From the UHGV virus genome UHGV-1410056: a DNA stretch of 40,444 nt; one strand, 5' to 3'. This stretch comes from a virus. A model generated the notes under the pieces. It was given only the letters and a program-made list of their open reading frames with translations, made no database searches and was not told the DNA's origin. Position 1 is the first letter of the stretch. Every line of letters begins with the position of its first letter. Below are positions 15,843 through 24,814 of the stretch, one piece after another. The position numbers and the translations under genes were made by a program.

Positions 15843-17522
15843 ATGGCGGAAACAACTAAAGAGCGATTGAACAAACAGTTCGCACAACTTGAAAGCGAGC
15901 GTCAGTCGTTCGAGCCGCACTGGCGCGAGTTGAGTGATTACATCAACCCGCGTGGTTCCCGCTTTCTGACTTCTGAGGTTAACCGTAACGATCGACGCAA
16001 TACACGCATTATTGATTCGACCGGGACTATGGCGGCGCGCACTCTCGCCAGCGGCATGATGTCAGGCATCACAAGCCCCGCGCGTCCGTGGTTTCGCCTG
16101 GCTACGCCAGATCCTGAAATGATGGATTATGGCCCTGTTAAGTTGTGGCTTGAGGCGGTGCAGAACCGCATGAACGATATGTTCAATAATTCGAATCTCT
16201 ATCAGTCGCTGCCGCAGTTATACGGAAGCCTCGGCACATACAGCACTGGTGCAATGGCAGTGCTGGAGGATGACGAGGACATCATTCGCACAATGCCATT
16301 CCCGATAGGCAGTTACTACCTGGCTAACTCACCTCGTGGCAGTGTGGACACCTGTTTTCGCAAGTTCTCTATGACTGTTCGTCAGCTTGTTCAGGAGTTC
16401 GGGCTAAATAACGTCAGCGAATCCGTAAAAAGCATGTGGGAAAGCGGAACCTACGAGAAGTGGATTGAAGTGATGCATTCGGTTTACCCGAACATTGACC
16501 GCGATACATCGAAGCTGGATAGCAAGAACAAGCCATTCAAATCGGTTTATTACGAGGTTGGTGGCGATAACGACAAGTTGTTGCGTGAGTCCGGATTCGA
16601 TGAGTTTCCAATTATGGCTCCGCGCTGGGAAGTTAACGGCGAAGATGTTTATGGATCATCATGCCCGGGTATGCTGGCGCTTGGACCTGTTAAGGCATTG
16701 CAGCTTCTCCAGAAGCGCAAGTCGCAGTTGATTGATAAAGCCACCAATCCGCCGATGGTTGCTCCGACTTCCCTCAAGAATCAGCGTGCCTCCCTTCTTC
16801 CTGGCGACATCACGTATATCGATCAGATTACTGGTCAGGATGGTTTCAGGCCTGCTTATCTGGTTAACCCCAGTACAGCAGATTTGGTGGCAGACATTCA
16901 GGACACCCGTCAAATCATTAACAGCGCCTACTTTGTCGATCTGTTCATGATGTTGCAGAACATCAATACCCGCTCGATGCCTGTTGAAGCGGTGATCGAA
17001 ATGAAAGAAGAAAAACTTCTGATGTTGGGGCCGGTTCTGGAGCGTCTGAACGACGAATGTCTTAATCCTCTCATTGATCGCGCTTTCTCGATGATGGTGC
17101 GTAAAAACATGCTGCCGCCACCGCCTGACGCGATGGAAGGTATGCCCCTGAAGGTCGAATACATTTCCGTCATGGCTCAGGCGCAGAAGTCTATCGGCCT
17201 GTCCAGTCTGGCGTCTACGGTCAACTTCATTGGTCAACTTGCGCAAGCGAAACCAGAAGCTCTCGACAAACTCAACGTTGATCAGGCGATCGATGCATTC
17301 GCTGATATGTCCGGAGTGTCTCCAACCGTCATTGTTCCGCAGGAACAGGTTGAGCAGGCTCGCCAGCAACGGGCACAGCAACAACAGCAGCAACAAATGA
17401 TGGCGATGGGGATGGCGGCGGCACAGGGTGCCAAGACGCTAAGCGAAGCTAAAACTTCGGATCCGAGTGTTTTGTCAGCTATGGCGAATGCAGTTAGTGG
17501 TCAGGGTGGGCAATCACAATGA
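15843..17522 (+). CDS. Portal (head-to-tail connector) protein, T7 gp8-like
   Basis: 559 aa; C-terminal Gln/Ala-rich tail (QQRAQQQQQQQMMAMGMAAAQGAKTL...) closely resembles the T7 gp8 C-terminus; follows terminase. Confidence 0.75.
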   Translation: MAETTKERLNKQFAQLESERQSFEPHWRELSDYINPRGSRFLTSEVNRNDRRNTRIIDSTGTMAARTLASGMMSGITSPARPWFRLATPDPEMMDYGPVKLWLEAVQNRMNDMFNNSNLYQSLPQLYGSLGTYSTGAMAVLEDDEDIIRTMPFPIGSYYLANSPRGSVDTCFRKFSMTVRQLVQEFGLNNVSESVKSMWESGTYEKWIEVMHSVYPNIDRDTSKLDSKNKPFKSVYYEVGGDNDKLLRESGFDEFPIMAPRWEVNGEDVYGSSCPGMLALGPVKALQLLQKRKSQLIDKATNPPMVAPTSLKNQRASLLPGDITYIDQITGQDGFRPAYLVNPSTADLVADIQDTRQIINSAYFVDLFMMLQNINTRSMPVEAVIEMKEEKLLMLGPVLERLNDECLNPLIDRAFSMMVRKNMLPPPPDAMEGMPLKVEYISVMAQAQKSIGLSSLASTVNFIGQLAQAKPEALDKLNVDQAIDAFADMSGVSPTVIVPQEQVEQARQQRAQQQQQQQMMAMGMAAAQGAKTLSEAKTSDPSVLSAMANAVSGQGGQSQ

Positions 17523-17815
17523 CAGATTACGAAGACGATCAACTGAAAGAAGAAAACGCCCGTAAGCAACGTGACATGGCACAGCGTGAAATTGATGACA
17601 TTTGCTTTGTCATGAGCAGTGAACAGGGGCGTCGCGTTGTCTGGTCGGTGCTGGAGAAAGGCCGTGTGTTTTCCGCTATCTCACCGATGGACGCTATGGC
17701 AATGGCATTTAATGAGGGGCAACGCAATCTGGCGCTGGAACTGTTTCAGCGCGTTATGGCGCATTGCCCTGAACAGTATTTGAAGATGGCCAAAGAGGCC
17801 AGTGAACAGGAGTGA
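17519..17815 (+). CDS. Hypothetical protein (98 aa) between portal and scaffold
   Basis: ATGA overlap with portal stop. Confidence 0.5.
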   Translation: MTDYEDDQLKEENARKQRDMAQREIDDICFVMSSEQGRRVVWSVLEKGRVFSAISPMDAMAMAFNEGQRNLALELFQRVMAHCPEQYLKMAKEASEQE

Positions 17816-17817
17816 TC

Positions 17818-18513
17818 ATGAATTTATTTGAGCGTTTGCTGTATCGCCGTCTTTGCAATGAGCAACCAGTCGATGGTGGAGCAGCTCCGGCTGCGTCAGA
17901 ACCGTCAGCGCCTGCAGGTGATAACCCTGCTCCAGTTGGTGATCCATCACAACAGGAAGGTGATAAGCCACAACCTGTTGCTGATGGCGATAAACCTGCT
18001 GATGACAAAAAGCCTGAAAACGATAAGCAGGATGAAAAAAAGGACGGCGATAAACCAGAGGGTGCGCCAGAAAAGTACGAGTTTCAGGCTGCCGAAGGCG
18101 TAGAGCTGGATACAGAAGCGTTGAAGGAATTCGAGCCGGTGGCGCGAGAACTAAACCTGACCAACGAGCAAGCGCAAAAGCTGGTTGATGCTTATCCGAA
18201 GATTCTGGCAGGTGTTCAGCAGCGCCAGGCAGAAGCCTGGCAGAAAACAACCGAGCAGTGGGCTGCGGATGTAAAAGCCGACAAAGAAATCGGTGGCGAC
18301 AAGTTGATTTCTAACCTTAGCGCCGCACAGCGTGCGCTTGACCAGTTCGGGACACCTGAACTCAAAGAATATCTGAACACCACCGGGCTGGGTAATCACC
18401 CTGATCTGGTCAAAACGTTCGTGAAAATCGGAAAGGCGATGTCTGAAGATGGCATGGTCACCGGTGGTAATGAAGGCCAGCGTAGTGCGGCCGAAGTGCT
18501 CTATGGCAAATAA
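17818..18513 (+). CDS. Putative scaffolding protein
   Basis: About 231 aa; Pro/Ala/Asp/Lys-rich acidic N-terminal half; immediately upstream of major capsid gene; ACAGGAG SD before ATG 17818. Confidence 0.5.
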   Translation: MNLFERLLYRRLCNEQPVDGGAAPAASEPSAPAGDNPAPVGDPSQQEGDKPQPVADGDKPADDKKPENDKQDEKKDGDKPEGAPEKYEFQAAEGVELDTEALKEFEPVARELNLTNEQAQKLVDAYPKILAGVQQRQAEAWQKTTEQWAADVKADKEIGGDKLISNLSAAQRALDQFGTPELKEYLNTTGLGNHPDLVKTFVKIGKAMSEDGMVTGGNEGQRSAAEVLYGK

Positions 18514-18527
18514 GAGAGGAAATGACA

Positions 18528-19514
18528 ATGGCTGTTAAAGGCTTAACTGCGCTAACGCTGGCTGACTGGGGTAAGCGCGTCGATCCAAACGGGAAAGTCG
18601 ATAAGATTATCGAGCTTCTCGGTCAAACTAACCCGATCCTTCAGGATATGCCTTTTGTCGAAGGGAACCTTCCTACCGGACACCGAACCACCATTCGTTC
18701 TGGTTTACCTTCAGCTACCTGGCGTTTGCTGAACTATGGCGTACAGCCAAGCAAATCAACCACAGTGCAGGTAACCGATTCCGTTGGCATGCTGGAAACC
18801 TATGCGGAAGTCGATAAGTCACTGGCTGATCTGAACGGCAATACCGCCGAATTCCGCCTTTCTGAAGACCGCGCATTTATTGAAGCGATGAATCAGCAGA
18901 TGGCGCAGACGCTGTTTTATGGTGATTCCAGCGTTAACCCTCAGCAGTTTATGGGACTGTCCTCCCGCTATTCCAGCCTGTCTGCGGGTAATGCTCAGAA
19001 CATCATTGATGCTGGTGGCACGGGTACAGATAACACCTCAATCTGGTTAGTGGTGTGGGGCGAAAACACCGTGCATGGCATCTTCCCGAAAGGGCAGAAG
19101 GCTGGCATCCAGATGGAAGATAAAGGCCAGGTGACACTGGAAGATGCTAATGGCGGCAAGTACGAAGGCTATCGCACCCATTACAAATGGGATAACGGAC
19201 TTGCTCTGCGTGACTGGCGTTATGTTGTTCGCATTGCAAACATCGATGTCAGCAATCTTTCAGAACCATCCTCTGCCGCAAATATTGCGAAGTTGATGGT
19301 TAAAGCACTACATCGCATTCCAAACCGTGGCATGGGCCGCCCGGTGTTCTACATGAACCGCACTGTAGGCCAGGCTCTTGATCTGCAGTCTCTGGAGAAA
19401 ACATCTCTGGCTATCAGCGTAAAAGAGACAGAAGGCGAGTGGTGGACTTCATTCCGTGGTGTACCAATCCGTGAAACTGATGCGCTTCTGGAAACAGAAG
19501 CCCGCGTGGTGTAA
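18528..19514 (+). CDS. Major capsid protein (HK97-fold, podovirus-type)
   Basis: About 328 aa; position after scaffold; SD GAGAGGA 8 nt before ATG 18528. Confidence 0.65.
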   Translation: MAVKGLTALTLADWGKRVDPNGKVDKIIELLGQTNPILQDMPFVEGNLPTGHRTTIRSGLPSATWRLLNYGVQPSKSTTVQVTDSVGMLETYAEVDKSLADLNGNTAEFRLSEDRAFIEAMNQQMAQTLFYGDSSVNPQQFMGLSSRYSSLSAGNAQNIIDAGGTGTDNTSIWLVVWGENTVHGIFPKGQKAGIQMEDKGQVTLEDANGGKYEGYRTHYKWDNGLALRDWRYVVRIANIDVSNLSEPSSAANIAKLMVKALHRIPNRGMGRPVFYMNRTVGQALDLQSLEKTSLAISVKETEGEWWTSFRGVPIRETDALLETEARVV

Positions 19515-19565
19515 CGCCTGTTATTAACCTGTGGGTCGTAACAGACCCACTAATGGAGAAAGAAG

Positions 19566-20003
19566 ATGATCACCGACAAACTGTTGATGTTCTCCGAAGC
19601 ACAGGCGGTAACTGATACCGCGGCTTCTACTGACGTAATCGATCTCGGTCCAATTGACGGAAAACGTCGTGATATCGGCGTTGGTTACCCGCTTGAGTTT
19701 TGGGCGCTGGTTAACACAGCCGCCGCGGCAAGCGGTGATGCAACTGTAAACATCCAGTTGCAGACGAGTGAAAATAACAGCTCATGGACCACTATTTATG
19801 ATAGTGGCGCACTGGCAAAGACCGCCCTGACAGCAGGTAAACGAGTTGTTTCTGCAAAGGTGCCTGCCGGTGTTCAGCGATATCTGCGTGTTAACTACTC
19901 CGTCGCAACTGGCCCACTAACGGCTGGCGAATTCACTGCTGGTATCAGTCTTGATGTTGATGCCAATACGCCGTATCCGATCCGCTCAAAAGTAACTGGT
20001 TAA
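19566..20003 (+). CDS. Putative capsid decoration/cement protein
   Basis: 145 aa, beta-rich; directly follows the major capsid gene. Confidence 0.4.
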   Translation: MITDKLLMFSEAQAVTDTAASTDVIDLGPIDGKRRDIGVGYPLEFWALVNTAAAASGDATVNIQLQTSENNSSWTTIYDSGALAKTALTAGKRVVSAKVPAGVQRYLRVNYSVATGPLTAGEFTAGISLDVDANTPYPIRSKVTG

Positions 20004-20013
20004 GGTGATATCG

Positions 20014-20349
20014 ATGTCAGGTGAGAAACCAAGATACCTCGTTCTGCGCCTCTCTCATATCCATAACACTCTGTGGCCGGAGGGGGCAGAAATCGAATAC
20101 GAAGGTGAGCCTGGTAGCGCACTGGAACCTGTTAACGATGCAGCCAGACAGGCAAAAGCAAAAGTTGCAGGAAAGGTGTCAATGGCAGCAACCAGCACCA
20201 AAATCATCAACGATGTGTCAGATGATGGTGAACTGGATAAGCTCCGTGAAGAGTACGAATTGCTCTTTAACGAGAAGCCACACCATAACGCTAAAGCCAA
20301 AACGCTCCGCGAGAAGATCGCAGATAAGCGTAAAGAACTAGGCGTGTAA
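20014..20349 (+). CDS. Hypothetical virion-module protein
   Basis: ATG 20014 with AAGGTGA SD. Confidence 0.45.
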   Translation: MSGEKPRYLVLRLSHIHNTLWPEGAEIEYEGEPGSALEPVNDAARQAKAKVAGKVSMAATSTKIINDVSDDGELDKLREEYELLFNEKPHHNAKAKTLREKIADKRKELGV

Positions 20350-20366
20350 GCCTCGCGAATCCGACA

Positions 20367-20387
20367 AGGGGCTTCGGCCCCTTTATT
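20367..20387 (+). terminator. Terminator-like hairpin after the capsid gene cluster
   Basis: Stem AGGGGC / GCCCCT with loop TTCG, followed by TTATTG. Confidence 0.4.
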
Positions 20388-20399
20388 GCAGGAGTGTAT

Positions 20400-20723
20400 A
20401 TGGAACTCGTAAACCTCAAAACCGGCACTGACAGCTACCAGGATGAGAGCGGAGAAACCAGAACTCGCGATGAATACCCGTGGGGGCTGTGCATCACTCT
20501 TAATAACGACACATTGAATAAGCTGAAGGCGCAACCTCAGGGCGTCGGAACAGAAGTGATGATAACTGCAAAAGCTGTTATTCGAGGCCTGTCTGCCAGA
20601 GAAACTGACGATGGTGTTAATCGCAGCGCCGATCTGCAGATCACTGATATGGCGATCGCTCCTGTTTCCGGTGATGTAGAAAAATCAGCGGCTGAAACCC
20701 TCTACGGTAACGGGGGTGAGTGA
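20400..20723 (+). CDS. Hypothetical virion-module protein
   Basis: ATG 20400 with AGGAG SD. Confidence 0.45.
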   Translation: MELVNLKTGTDSYQDESGETRTRDEYPWGLCITLNNDTLNKLKAQPQGVGTEVMITAKAVIRGLSARETDDGVNRSADLQITDMAIAPVSGDVEKSAAETLYGNGGE

Positions 20724-21328
20724 TGGCCTCTGTAGTAGAGATCTGTAATCGTGCGCTGTCCAATATTGGCAACAGCCGCAGCATTAACAGCCTGACGGAA
20801 GCCAGCAAGGAAGCAGGGGAATGTTCGCTGCACTTTGAGGCCTGCCGTGATGCTGTGCTTTCTGATTTTGACTGGAACTTTGCTACCAAACGCGTGGCGC
20901 TTGCAGATACGAACAATCCACCGCCTGACTGGGAATATGCGTACCAGTACCCGTCCGATTGTCTGCGCATTACTGAAATTATGCTTCCTGGTGTACGCAA
21001 TCCAACAGCAGCAATGCGCGTTCAGTACGAAGTTGGTGCAGACACCAACGGAACAGGAAAGTTGATCTACACAGACCAGCCGCAGGCATGGCTCAAGTAT
21101 GTCTCTCGCGTTTCAGATGTGAACATGTTTGATGCCATTTTTATGGAGGCGTTGGCCTGGCGTCTTGCGGCAGCTATTAACATGGCGCTGACTGGGAATG
21201 CAGACCTCGGTACGTTTGCCCTCAATATGTACAATCGCGTGATTCTTAGTGCTGGCTCGCATAGCCAGAATGAATCACAGGAACCACAGCCACCGGTTGA
21301 TGAGTTTACCATTGCGAGGTTGTCCTGA
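20723..21328 (+). CDS. Tail adaptor / tubular protein A-like (T7 gp11-like)
   Basis: About 201 aa; N-terminal pattern NRALSNIGNSRSINSLTE resembles the T7 gp11 N-terminus; followed by a large gp12-sized gene. Confidence 0.45.
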   Translation: MASVVEICNRALSNIGNSRSINSLTEASKEAGECSLHFEACRDAVLSDFDWNFATKRVALADTNNPPPDWEYAYQYPSDCLRITEIMLPGVRNPTAAMRVQYEVGADTNGTGKLIYTDQPQAWLKYVSRVSDVNMFDAIFMEALAWRLAAAINMALTGNADLGTFALNMYNRVILSAGSHSQNESQEPQPPVDEFTIARLS

Positions 21329-23799
21329 TGGCTATCAGTTGGATCCAGCCCAGCTTTGCCGGTGGTGAGATTGGACCGTCGTTGTACGGGCGTATTGACA
21401 TGGCGAAGTACCAGGTGGCATTGCGCAAGTGCGATAACTTTATCGTGCGGCAGTATGGCGGCGTTGAGAATCGACCTGGTACGCGTTTTGTCGGTGCCGC
21501 CAAATACCCAAATCGGAAATGCCGCCTGATCCCGTTCCAGTTCTCGACGGTTCAGACCTATGCTCTGGAGTTCGGACACCAGTACATGCGCGTTATCAAA
21601 GATGGTGCGTTGGTGCTGAACAGCAGCAATGTTATTTATGAAATTGCCACGCCATATACTGAAGCCGATCTGTTCCGAATTAAATTCACGCAAAGCGCCG
21701 ACGTGCTTACGCTGGTTCATCCGGCATACCCGCCGAAAGAGTTGCGTCGCTATGCGCATGACAACTGGCAACTGGTTGATGTGGTAACGAAGAACGGGCC
21801 ATTTGAAGATATCAATATTGACGAGTCAGTGACGGTTTATGCCAGCGCCAGCACCGGGACAATTACGTTAACGGCAAGCGCCTCTATTTTTGGCGCGGAG
21901 CAGGTAGGCAAATTGTTCTATCTGGAACAGCCTGCAGTGGATTCTGTGCCGGTATGGGAAACCAGTAAGAGTACGTCGATTGGCGATATTCGCCGTGCAG
22001 ACAGTAACTACTATCGCGCCGTTACAGCAGGCAAAACAGGTACTTTGCGCCCTTCGCATACAGAAGGCACATCATGGGATGGCTGGGGCGGATCCGGTGA
22101 TGATGATACTGGCATTGAGTGGGAGTATCTGCACAGTGGTTTTGGCATTGCCAGTATAACTGCTGTAAATGGCACTACTGCAACTGCTGAGGTGATTTCC
22201 TATATCCCTTCGCAGGTCGTTGGCGAGGATAATGCCAGCTATAAATGGGCTAAATATGCCTGGAACAGTGTTAATGGTTATCCTGGCACTGTTGTTTATT
22301 ATCAACAGCGTCTTTACTTCGCCGCATCGACTGCGTTCCCTCAGACTATCTGGGCCAGCCGTACCGGGGATTATAAGGATTTTGGCAAAAGCAATCCTAC
22401 GCAGGATGACGACAGAATTATCTACACCTATGCCGGGCGTCAGGTTAATGAGATCCGCCACCTGATTGATGTTGGTTCTCTGGTGGCGCTGACTTCCGGA
22501 GGTGAGTACGTCATCACCGGCGACCAGAACAAAGTGTTAACCCCATCATCATTTGCATTCAGCTCTCAGGGATCAAATGGCTCGAGCAATGTCCCACCAA
22601 TTGCCGTGGCGAATATTGCTCTGTTCGTCCAGGAGAAAGGCAGTGTTGTCCGTGATCTGGCCTACTCATTCGATGTTGACGGCTATCAGGGGAACGACCT
22701 TACTATCCTTGCCAATCATCTTTTTCAGAAGCACAGCATTGTTGACTGGTGCTTCTCGATTGTCCCTTACTCCAGTGCCTTCTGCATTCGTGATGACGGT
22801 AAATTACTGGTGATGACCTATTTGCGTGATCAGCAGGTTTTTGCATGGGCACCACAATCCAGTACCGGAAAATATGAAAGCACATGCAGTATCAGCGAAG
22901 GCAATGAAGATGCGGTGTATTTCGTCGTTAACAGAACCGTTAACGGGCAAACAGTGAGATACATCGAGAGACTGTCCAGCCGTTTATTTACCAGCGATGA
23001 AGATGCTTTCTTTGTTGATTCTGGCCTTAGCTATGATGGAAGAAATACGTCTGACAGAACGATGACCATCACTGGTGGTTCTGGCGAATGGGATTACCGC
23101 GCGGAATATACAATCAGTGTTTCTGGTGGTGCGTACTTCACCAGTAGTGATGTCGGTGCGCAACTACAGTTCCCTTATACCGGAACTGCTCCTGATACTG
23201 GCGATGAAGTGTCAAAAGAATTACGTTGCGACATTATTTCTGTAACCAGCAATACCGCTGTAGTGGTTCGTGCTAACAGGAACGTCCCGCCATCCCTCAG
23301 GAATGTGGCCACCACGAACTGGCAGATGGCGCGCCGGACATTTGGAGGCCTGTCTCATCTTGAAGGCCAGACCGTAAACATTCTCTCTGATGCGAACGTG
23401 GAACCACAGAAAGTGGTTTCCGGAGGTGCCGTCACGCTGGAATCTCCGGGGGCTGTAGTGCACATCGGCCTGCCAATAACTGCTGAATTCGAAACACTGG
23501 ATATCAACATTAACGGACAGGAAACGCTGCTGGACAAAAAACAGGTGATCCCCTCCGTTACTCTGGTTGTGAATGCCAGTCGCGGCATCTGGGCGACTAC
23601 GCCCGGCGGTAAATGGTACGAATATCCACAGCGTGAATTCGAGTTCTACGATGATCCTGTTGATGATGCTACCGGAAAAGTAGAAGTGAAACTGGACAGT
23701 AACTGGGGCAAAAACGGACGTGTAAAAATCCGTCAGCTTGATCCGTTGCCGCTGTCTGTTCTTGCCGTTATTCCTCGCCTTACTGTTGGGGGATTCTGA
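21328..23799 (+). CDS. Tail tubular protein B / nozzle-like (T7 gp12-like by size and synteny)
   Basis: 823 aa; position immediately after the gp11-like gene. Confidence 0.45.
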   Translation: MAISWIQPSFAGGEIGPSLYGRIDMAKYQVALRKCDNFIVRQYGGVENRPGTRFVGAAKYPNRKCRLIPFQFSTVQTYALEFGHQYMRVIKDGALVLNSSNVIYEIATPYTEADLFRIKFTQSADVLTLVHPAYPPKELRRYAHDNWQLVDVVTKNGPFEDINIDESVTVYASASTGTITLTASASIFGAEQVGKLFYLEQPAVDSVPVWETSKSTSIGDIRRADSNYYRAVTAGKTGTLRPSHTEGTSWDGWGGSGDDDTGIEWEYLHSGFGIASITAVNGTTATAEVISYIPSQVVGEDNASYKWAKYAWNSVNGYPGTVVYYQQRLYFAASTAFPQTIWASRTGDYKDFGKSNPTQDDDRIIYTYAGRQVNEIRHLIDVGSLVALTSGGEYVITGDQNKVLTPSSFAFSSQGSNGSSNVPPIAVANIALFVQEKGSVVRDLAYSFDVDGYQGNDLTILANHLFQKHSIVDWCFSIVPYSSAFCIRDDGKLLVMTYLRDQQVFAWAPQSSTGKYESTCSISEGNEDAVYFVVNRTVNGQTVRYIERLSSRLFTSDEDAFFVDSGLSYDGRNTSDRTMTITGGSGEWDYRAEYTISVSGGAYFTSSDVGAQLQFPYTGTAPDTGDEVSKELRCDIISVTSNTAVVVRANRNVPPSLRNVATTNWQMARRTFGGLSHLEGQTVNILSDANVEPQKVVSGGAVTLESPGAVVHIGLPITAEFETLDININGQETLLDKKQVIPSVTLVVNASRGIWATTPGGKWYEYPQREFEFYDDPVDDATGKVEVKLDSNWGKNGRVKIRQLDPLPLSVLAVIPRLTVGGF

Positions 23800-24263
23800 T
23801 GATCGATGTTCAAATTATTCCCGCAACCGAAGAGCATCTTCAGATGATTTTGCCGGATGTTCGTCAGGCTGATATTGACGAACTGTATGCGGTATCACTG
23901 ATGACTACCGAAGATGCGCTGCGTGTTGGTCTGCGTACTGCGACTATGGCCTGGTCAGGATTTGCGAACGGAGAACTGGTAACCATGTTTGGCGTATCTC
24001 CGGCGTCAATGATCGGTGGCAATGGTACGCCCTGGCTGGTCGGAACCAGCCGTATCGAAAAATATCAGAAGACATTTCTTCGCCACTGCCGCCCTGTATT
24101 GCAGCAGATGCTGGCAGTTTATCCGCGCCTGGAAAACTATGTCGACGAGCGAAACCATGTTGCCAAAGCATGGCTGCACTGGCTTGGATTCAGGCTTGAA
24201 GAAGCCGCGCCTTATGGTGCTCTTGGTCTTAATTTCCACAGATTTCACATGGAGAGAAAATAA
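23799..24263 (+). CDS. Hypothetical virion protein (154 aa)
   Basis: ATGA overlap with upstream gene. Confidence 0.45.
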   Translation: MIDVQIIPATEEHLQMILPDVRQADIDELYAVSLMTTEDALRVGLRTATMAWSGFANGELVTMFGVSPASMIGGNGTPWLVGTSRIEKYQKTFLRHCRPVLQQMLAVYPRLENYVDERNHVAKAWLHWLGFRLEEAAPYGALGLNFHRFHMERK

Positions 24264-24802
24264 TGTGTAACCCAGCCATCGCTTTGGTTGCCGTCACAGT
24301 GGCATCCACAGCCGCGTCAATGTACAGCCAGAGCAAGCAGGCAAAATACCAGTCAGCCATAGCTGATCGGAATGCTGAAATTGCTGAAGCTCAGGCACAG
24401 GATTCAATCAATCGTGGGAATATTGAAGCGGATCAGCGTCGTCGTGAAATGCGTCAACGCTCAGGCACTGCGGCGGCCACTATGGGGGCTACCGGTGCGG
24501 AATTAAGTAGCGGAACAGCTCTTGACGTTTTTGCGGATAATGCTCAGTTCGGCACTCTTGATGCGTTAACGACAGTGAATAATGCTCAGCGTGAGGCATA
24601 TGGGTATCAGGTTCAGGGAATGAATGCTCAGGCACAGGGGGCTGCTGCTCAGTCGGCTGCTAAATCATCGATGACCAGCACTTTGTTAACGGCACCACTA
24701 AAAGCATACGGTGCATACCAGATGGGCGGCGGAACGTGGAGCCCGTTCTCTCAGAAGGCTGCGCCGATTTCTGCTGCTGTTGGCACTCCAACCGGTCGAT
24801 AA
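24263..24802 (+). CDS. Internal virion protein (T7 gp14-like by composition and position)
   Basis: 179 aa; N-terminal hydrophobic segment then Ala/Gln-rich region. Confidence 0.4.
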   Translation: MCNPAIALVAVTVASTAASMYSQSKQAKYQSAIADRNAEIAEAQAQDSINRGNIEADQRRREMRQRSGTAAATMGATGAELSSGTALDVFADNAQFGTLDALTTVNNAQREAYGYQVQGMNAQAQGAAAQSAAKSSMTSTLLTAPLKAYGAYQMGGGTWSPFSQKAAPISAAVGTPTGR

Positions 24803-24814
24803 GGGGATAATAAG

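Noticed and set aside
16659-17396. 245-aa minus-strand ORF inside the portal gene
   Set aside because: Antisense to a portal ORF with a strong family signature; Leu/Arg-rich antisense composition
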